A stretch of 64,000 nt of DNA from positions 191,283 through 255,282 of the forward strand of contig JAZAMN010000011.1 in NCBI GenBank assembly GCA_036229005.1. The letters are read 5' to 3'. The first letter of the stretch is position 1. Every line of letters begins with the position of its first letter. Below are positions 60,924-64,000 of this stretch, piece by piece. The DNA comes from Myxococcota bacterium (lineage in GTDB: Bacteria; Myxococcota_A; UBA796; CAJQPC01). A program made the translations under genes and the position numbers. The notes under the pieces are model-generated. The model saw nothing but the letters and a program-made list of their open reading frames with translations. It did not search any database and was not told the DNA's origin.

Positions 60924-62432
60924 ATGTCCTGCGCAGTCTTGTCAGCGACCCTCGTCGGGGTTCAAGCACATCCAGTCACCGTCGAAGTCGACCTGGTCCG
61001 TCGACTTCCAAAGACCACCGTCGTCGGCCTGCCCATGGGCGCCGTTCGCGAGAGCACGGAGCGGGTCCGGAGCGCCATCTTGGGCTCGGGCCTGGAGTAC
61101 CCCAAGCTCCGGGTCACGATCAATCTGGCGCCCGCGGACATCCGAAAGGAAGGCACCGGCTTCGACCTGCCCATCGCCTTGGCGATCCTGCTCGCGAGCG
61201 GACAGCTCCCTCAGCCCGAGCAGCGGGCGCTGTTCCTTGGGGAGCTGTCCCTCGGCGGCAAGCTCCGGCCTGTACCGGGCGCACTGGCGCTAGCGATGTT
61301 GGCAGCAGAGCTCGACATCTCTACAGTCGTGGTCCCCCGTGGCTGCGGCGCCCAAGCAGCCGTGGTCCCCGGAGTGGTCGCCCTGGAGGCAGAGGATCTC
61401 GAAGAGGTCGTGCGTCATCTCCGCGGAGAGGCCCACCTTCAACGGGCTGCGCCCTCCCCCCTGAGCCGCAGCCACAGCTACCCGGACATGGTGGACGTGC
61501 GAGGTCAGGAGGTCGCCCGTCGGGCTCTGGAGATCGCAGCGGCTGGAGGGCACAACCTCTTGATGGTTGGACCGCCGGGTGTGGGAAAGACCATGCTCGC
61601 CGCCCGGCTCCCCGGAATCCTGCCGCAGATGTCCTTCCAAGAGGGGCTTGAGGCGACACGGGTCCACAGCGTCGCCGGGCTGCTGGCCCCAGGACAGGCT
61701 CTGTTGGAGCAGCGGCCGTTCAGAGCCCCTCACCACTCGATCACCGCAGCGGGTCTGGTCGGGAACGCTCGCCTTCGCCCCGGTGAGGTGAGCCTGGCCC
61801 ACCATGGGGTGCTCTTCCTGGACGAGATCCCCGAGTTCTCCCGGCACGTCCTGGAGCTCCTCCGTGCTCCACTGGAGTCACATCGGGTCACGCTCTCCCG
61901 GGCAAGCGGAACCGCCATCCTGCCGGCGGACCTGATGCTGGTCGCGGCAGCCAATCCCTGCCCCTGCGGCTTCTACGGGCATGCCACCCGGCCCTGTCGG
62001 TGTTCAGAGACCGACAGACGCAGATACCAAGGCCGGCTCTCGGGCCCGCTGCTGGACCGCATCGACCTCTACGTACCGGTGGAGTCCCTGGACTCCGAAC
62101 AGCTCTACGCCACCGCGCAGCGGGAGAGCAGCCAGGTCGTTCGGGAGCGGGTGGAGGGTGCGAGGGACCGGCAAAGGGACAGGGCACGAGCGCTAGGTGC
62201 CTCTTGCAACGCAAGGCTCAGCGGGCCTCAAATCCGAAAGCTCGCGAAGCTCGACGACGCGGCGGCCTCGGTCTTGCGCGACGCTGTGGACCGCTTGGGC
62301 CTGTCCGGCCGTGCGCACGACCGGGTCCTGAAGGTCGCTCGAACCATCGCCGACCTGGACGGTGGCCACCATGTCCGGATTCCCCACATCGCAGAGGCCC
62401 TGGCCTACCGGCGGCCCGAGGTGGAGGCATGA
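60924..62432 (+). CDS. comM: YifB/ComM Mg-chelatase-like AAA+ ATPase
   Basis: NLAPAD.RKEG..FDLPIA, GPPG.GKTM, PFRAPHH, GVLFLDE, NPCPCG and SGPLLDRID motifs. Confidence 0.92.
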   Translation: MSCAVLSATLVGVQAHPVTVEVDLVRRLPKTTVVGLPMGAVRESTERVRSAILGSGLEYPKLRVTINLAPADIRKEGTGFDLPIALAILLASGQLPQPEQRALFLGELSLGGKLRPVPGALALAMLAAELDISTVVVPRGCGAQAAVVPGVVALEAEDLEEVVRHLRGEAHLQRAAPSPLSRSHSYPDMVDVRGQEVARRALEIAAAGGHNLLMVGPPGVGKTMLAARLPGILPQMSFQEGLEATRVHSVAGLLAPGQALLEQRPFRAPHHSITAAGLVGNARLRPGEVSLAHHGVLFLDEIPEFSRHVLELLRAPLESHRVTLSRASGTAILPADLMLVAAANPCPCGFYGHATRPCRCSETDRRRYQGRLSGPLLDRIDLYVPVESLDSEQLYATAQRESSQVVRERVEGARDRQRDRARALGASCNARLSGPQIRKLAKLDDAAASVLRDAVDRLGLSGRAHDRVLKVARTIADLDGGHHVRIPHIAEALAYRRPEVEA

Positions 62433-62680
62433 ATCCCCTTCAGCTCTTCCTGCTCGCAGCCGCGGTCCTCGACCAACGCGACGGCCCCGGGATCCTGGTT
62501 GAGCTCGATGATGGCTCCGCGCTGGAGCTCGATCGACGCTGCGTCCCCCCTTGGAGCAAGGAGGGGGACCACCTGCGCCTGGTGCGTTCCACCAGACGCT
62601 GCCCACATCGCTTTCGGGCTGTGCCCGATTTCAACCGGCTGGGGGGGGACTCCCGGCACATCAATGGAGTGAAGAAATGA
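62429..62680 (+). CDS. Small protein, DUF3006-like
   Basis: VLDQRDG...VELDDG...VP..SKEGD.L pattern; ATGA overlaps with both comM and recA. Confidence 0.55.
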   Translation: MNPLQLFLLAAAVLDQRDGPGILVELDDGSALELDRRCVPPWSKEGDHLRLVRSTRRCPHRFRAVPDFNRLGGDSRHINGVKK

Positions 62681-63705
62681 GCAACGCAGAAATGACCGCC
62701 CAGGCAAAGGCCCTCGAGAAGGCCATCCTCGGGATCCAGAAGCAGTTCGGTGCCGGGAGCATCCAGCGCCTTGACGGGAGCGTCGTCGACGACATCGGCG
62801 AGCCCATCTCGACGGGCTCGCTGGGTCTCGACCTCGCCCTCGGCGTCGGCGGCATCCCCCGTGGCCGAATGATCGAGATCTACGGTCCAGAGGCCTCCGG
62901 CAAGACCACGCTGGCGCTGCAGTGCATCGCCAGCGCACAGGCCGCGGGTGGTGTCGCCGCGATGATCGATGCAGAGCACGCGCTCGACCCAACCTACGCC
63001 AAGGCACTCGGCGTCGACCTCCCCAAGCTGCTGGTGAGCCAGCCCGACAGCGGCGAGCAGGCCCTGGAGATTGCAGAGCAGCTCGTTCGCTCGAGTGCGG
63101 TCGACCTGGTCGTGGTGGACTCCGTCGCAGCCCTGGTGCCCGAGGCTGAACTCTCCGGTCAGATGGGCGATCAGCAGGTGGGCCTGCAGGCCCGCATGAT
63201 GTCCAAGGCGATGCGGAAGATGACCTCGGTGATCTCCAAGACCAAGTGCACGGTCATCTTCATCAACCAGCTCCGCCAGAAGATTGGGGTGATGTTCGGC
63301 CCGAAGGAGGTGACGACGGGGGGGAACGCTCTCAAGTACTACACCTCCGTCCGGCTGGACGTCCGCCGCATCGGTGGCATCAAGGTGAACGAGCAGCAGG
63401 TCGGAAACCGCACCCGGGTCCGGGTGGTGAAGAACAAGGTGGCCCCGCCCTTCCGGACCACCGAGTTCGACATCCTGTTCGGCCAGGGAGTCAGCCGCAG
63501 CGGCGAGCTCCTGGACCTCGGTGTCCAGTGGGGAGTCATCCAGAAGTCCGGCTCCTGGCTCTCGATCGGAGAGGATCGACTCGGGCAGGGTCGTGAGCGG
63601 GCACGTGCCCGCCTTGAAGAGGACGAAGCCCTCTCCAAGCAGCTCTGGGCCCTGATCCAGGCAGCGGCCGGGCTGAGCCAGCTCGACGGCGAGGAGGTCC
63701 ACTGA
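62677..63705 (+). CDS. recA: Recombinase A
   Basis: [43 protein letters not shown] and KNKVAPPF motifs. Confidence 0.97.
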   Translation: MSNAEMTAQAKALEKAILGIQKQFGAGSIQRLDGSVVDDIGEPISTGSLGLDLALGVGGIPRGRMIEIYGPEASGKTTLALQCIASAQAAGGVAAMIDAEHALDPTYAKALGVDLPKLLVSQPDSGEQALEIAEQLVRSSAVDLVVVDSVAALVPEAELSGQMGDQQVGLQARMMSKAMRKMTSVISKTKCTVIFINQLRQKIGVMFGPKEVTTGGNALKYYTSVRLDVRRIGGIKVNEQQVGNRTRVRVVKNKVAPPFRTTEFDILFGQGVSRSGELLDLGVQWGVIQKSGSWLSIGEDRLGQGRERARARLEEDEALSKQLWALIQAAAGLSQLDGEEVH

Positions 63706-63859
63706 TCAACTGACCACAAACCAGGGGGGTCTCCCGCCATCACCCAGGGAGGGTGGCGACCAGGCGAGAGGCCCTCCTTTGCTCCAACGAGAGCAGAGCG
63801 CCGCATAGGCTTCAACGACTGCTGACCGAACAGTCGGCTCCAGGTGGGCAAGGAACGCC

Positions 63860-63904
63860 AAAAACCGCCCCGGGAGTGCAGCAGGCACTCAACCGGGACG
63901 GTTT
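63860..63904 (-). terminator. rRNA operon terminator
   Basis: Interrupted GC hairpin (ccg-cccgg-gagtgc/gcactc-ccggg-cgg) with a U-tract on the minus strand, just after 5S. Confidence 0.6.
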
Positions 63905-63914
63905 GATGTGAAGG

Positions 63915-64000
63915 GCGGCGACAACCTACTCTCCCACAGCGTGACCGCTGCAGTACCATCGGCTTCTTGAGGCTTAACTTCCGTGTTCGGAATGGGAACG
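63915..64000 (-). rRNA. rrf: 5S rRNA, 3' portion
   Basis: Reverse complement reads CCCATTCCGAACACGGAAGTTAAGC...GATGGTACTG...GTGGGAGAGTAGG. Confidence 0.95.

Overview
High-GC bacterial chromosomal segment, most consistent with a Myxococcota/deltaproteobacterial lineage (inference from MYXO-CTERM tails, DCDD metal-binding repeats, DTG linkers, sigma54 promoters). It is mostly core genome: HMG-CoA lyase, argF, tRNA-Glu/Lys, purA, xerC, topA, dprA, the rimP-nusA-infB operon, pal/cpoB, a dcw cluster (mraZ to ftsZ, without murG and ftsA), smpB, prmA/rsmE, Tad minor pilins, ribA, HU, comM-recA and the 3' end of a 5S rRNA. I found no CRISPR array, prophage or transposase. The most unusual signals are non-coding. 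(1) A dyad-symmetric array of about 10 phased 31-bp units (GCGCAA-N8-GAACGCAAC) runs into the -35 box of a probable 6S RNA gene. (2) A switch-like RNA leader with a Shine-Dalgarno sequestering hairpin lies upstream of ribA. (3) A second MraZ-box-like GTGGGA array follows smpB. (4) A 134-bp tRNA-Glu-derived duplication carries an antisense T-arm. Three proteins (MurB-like, dihydroorotase-like, alpha/beta-hydrolase-like) appear to have lost catalytic residues. All calls are from manual reading; no searches were run.
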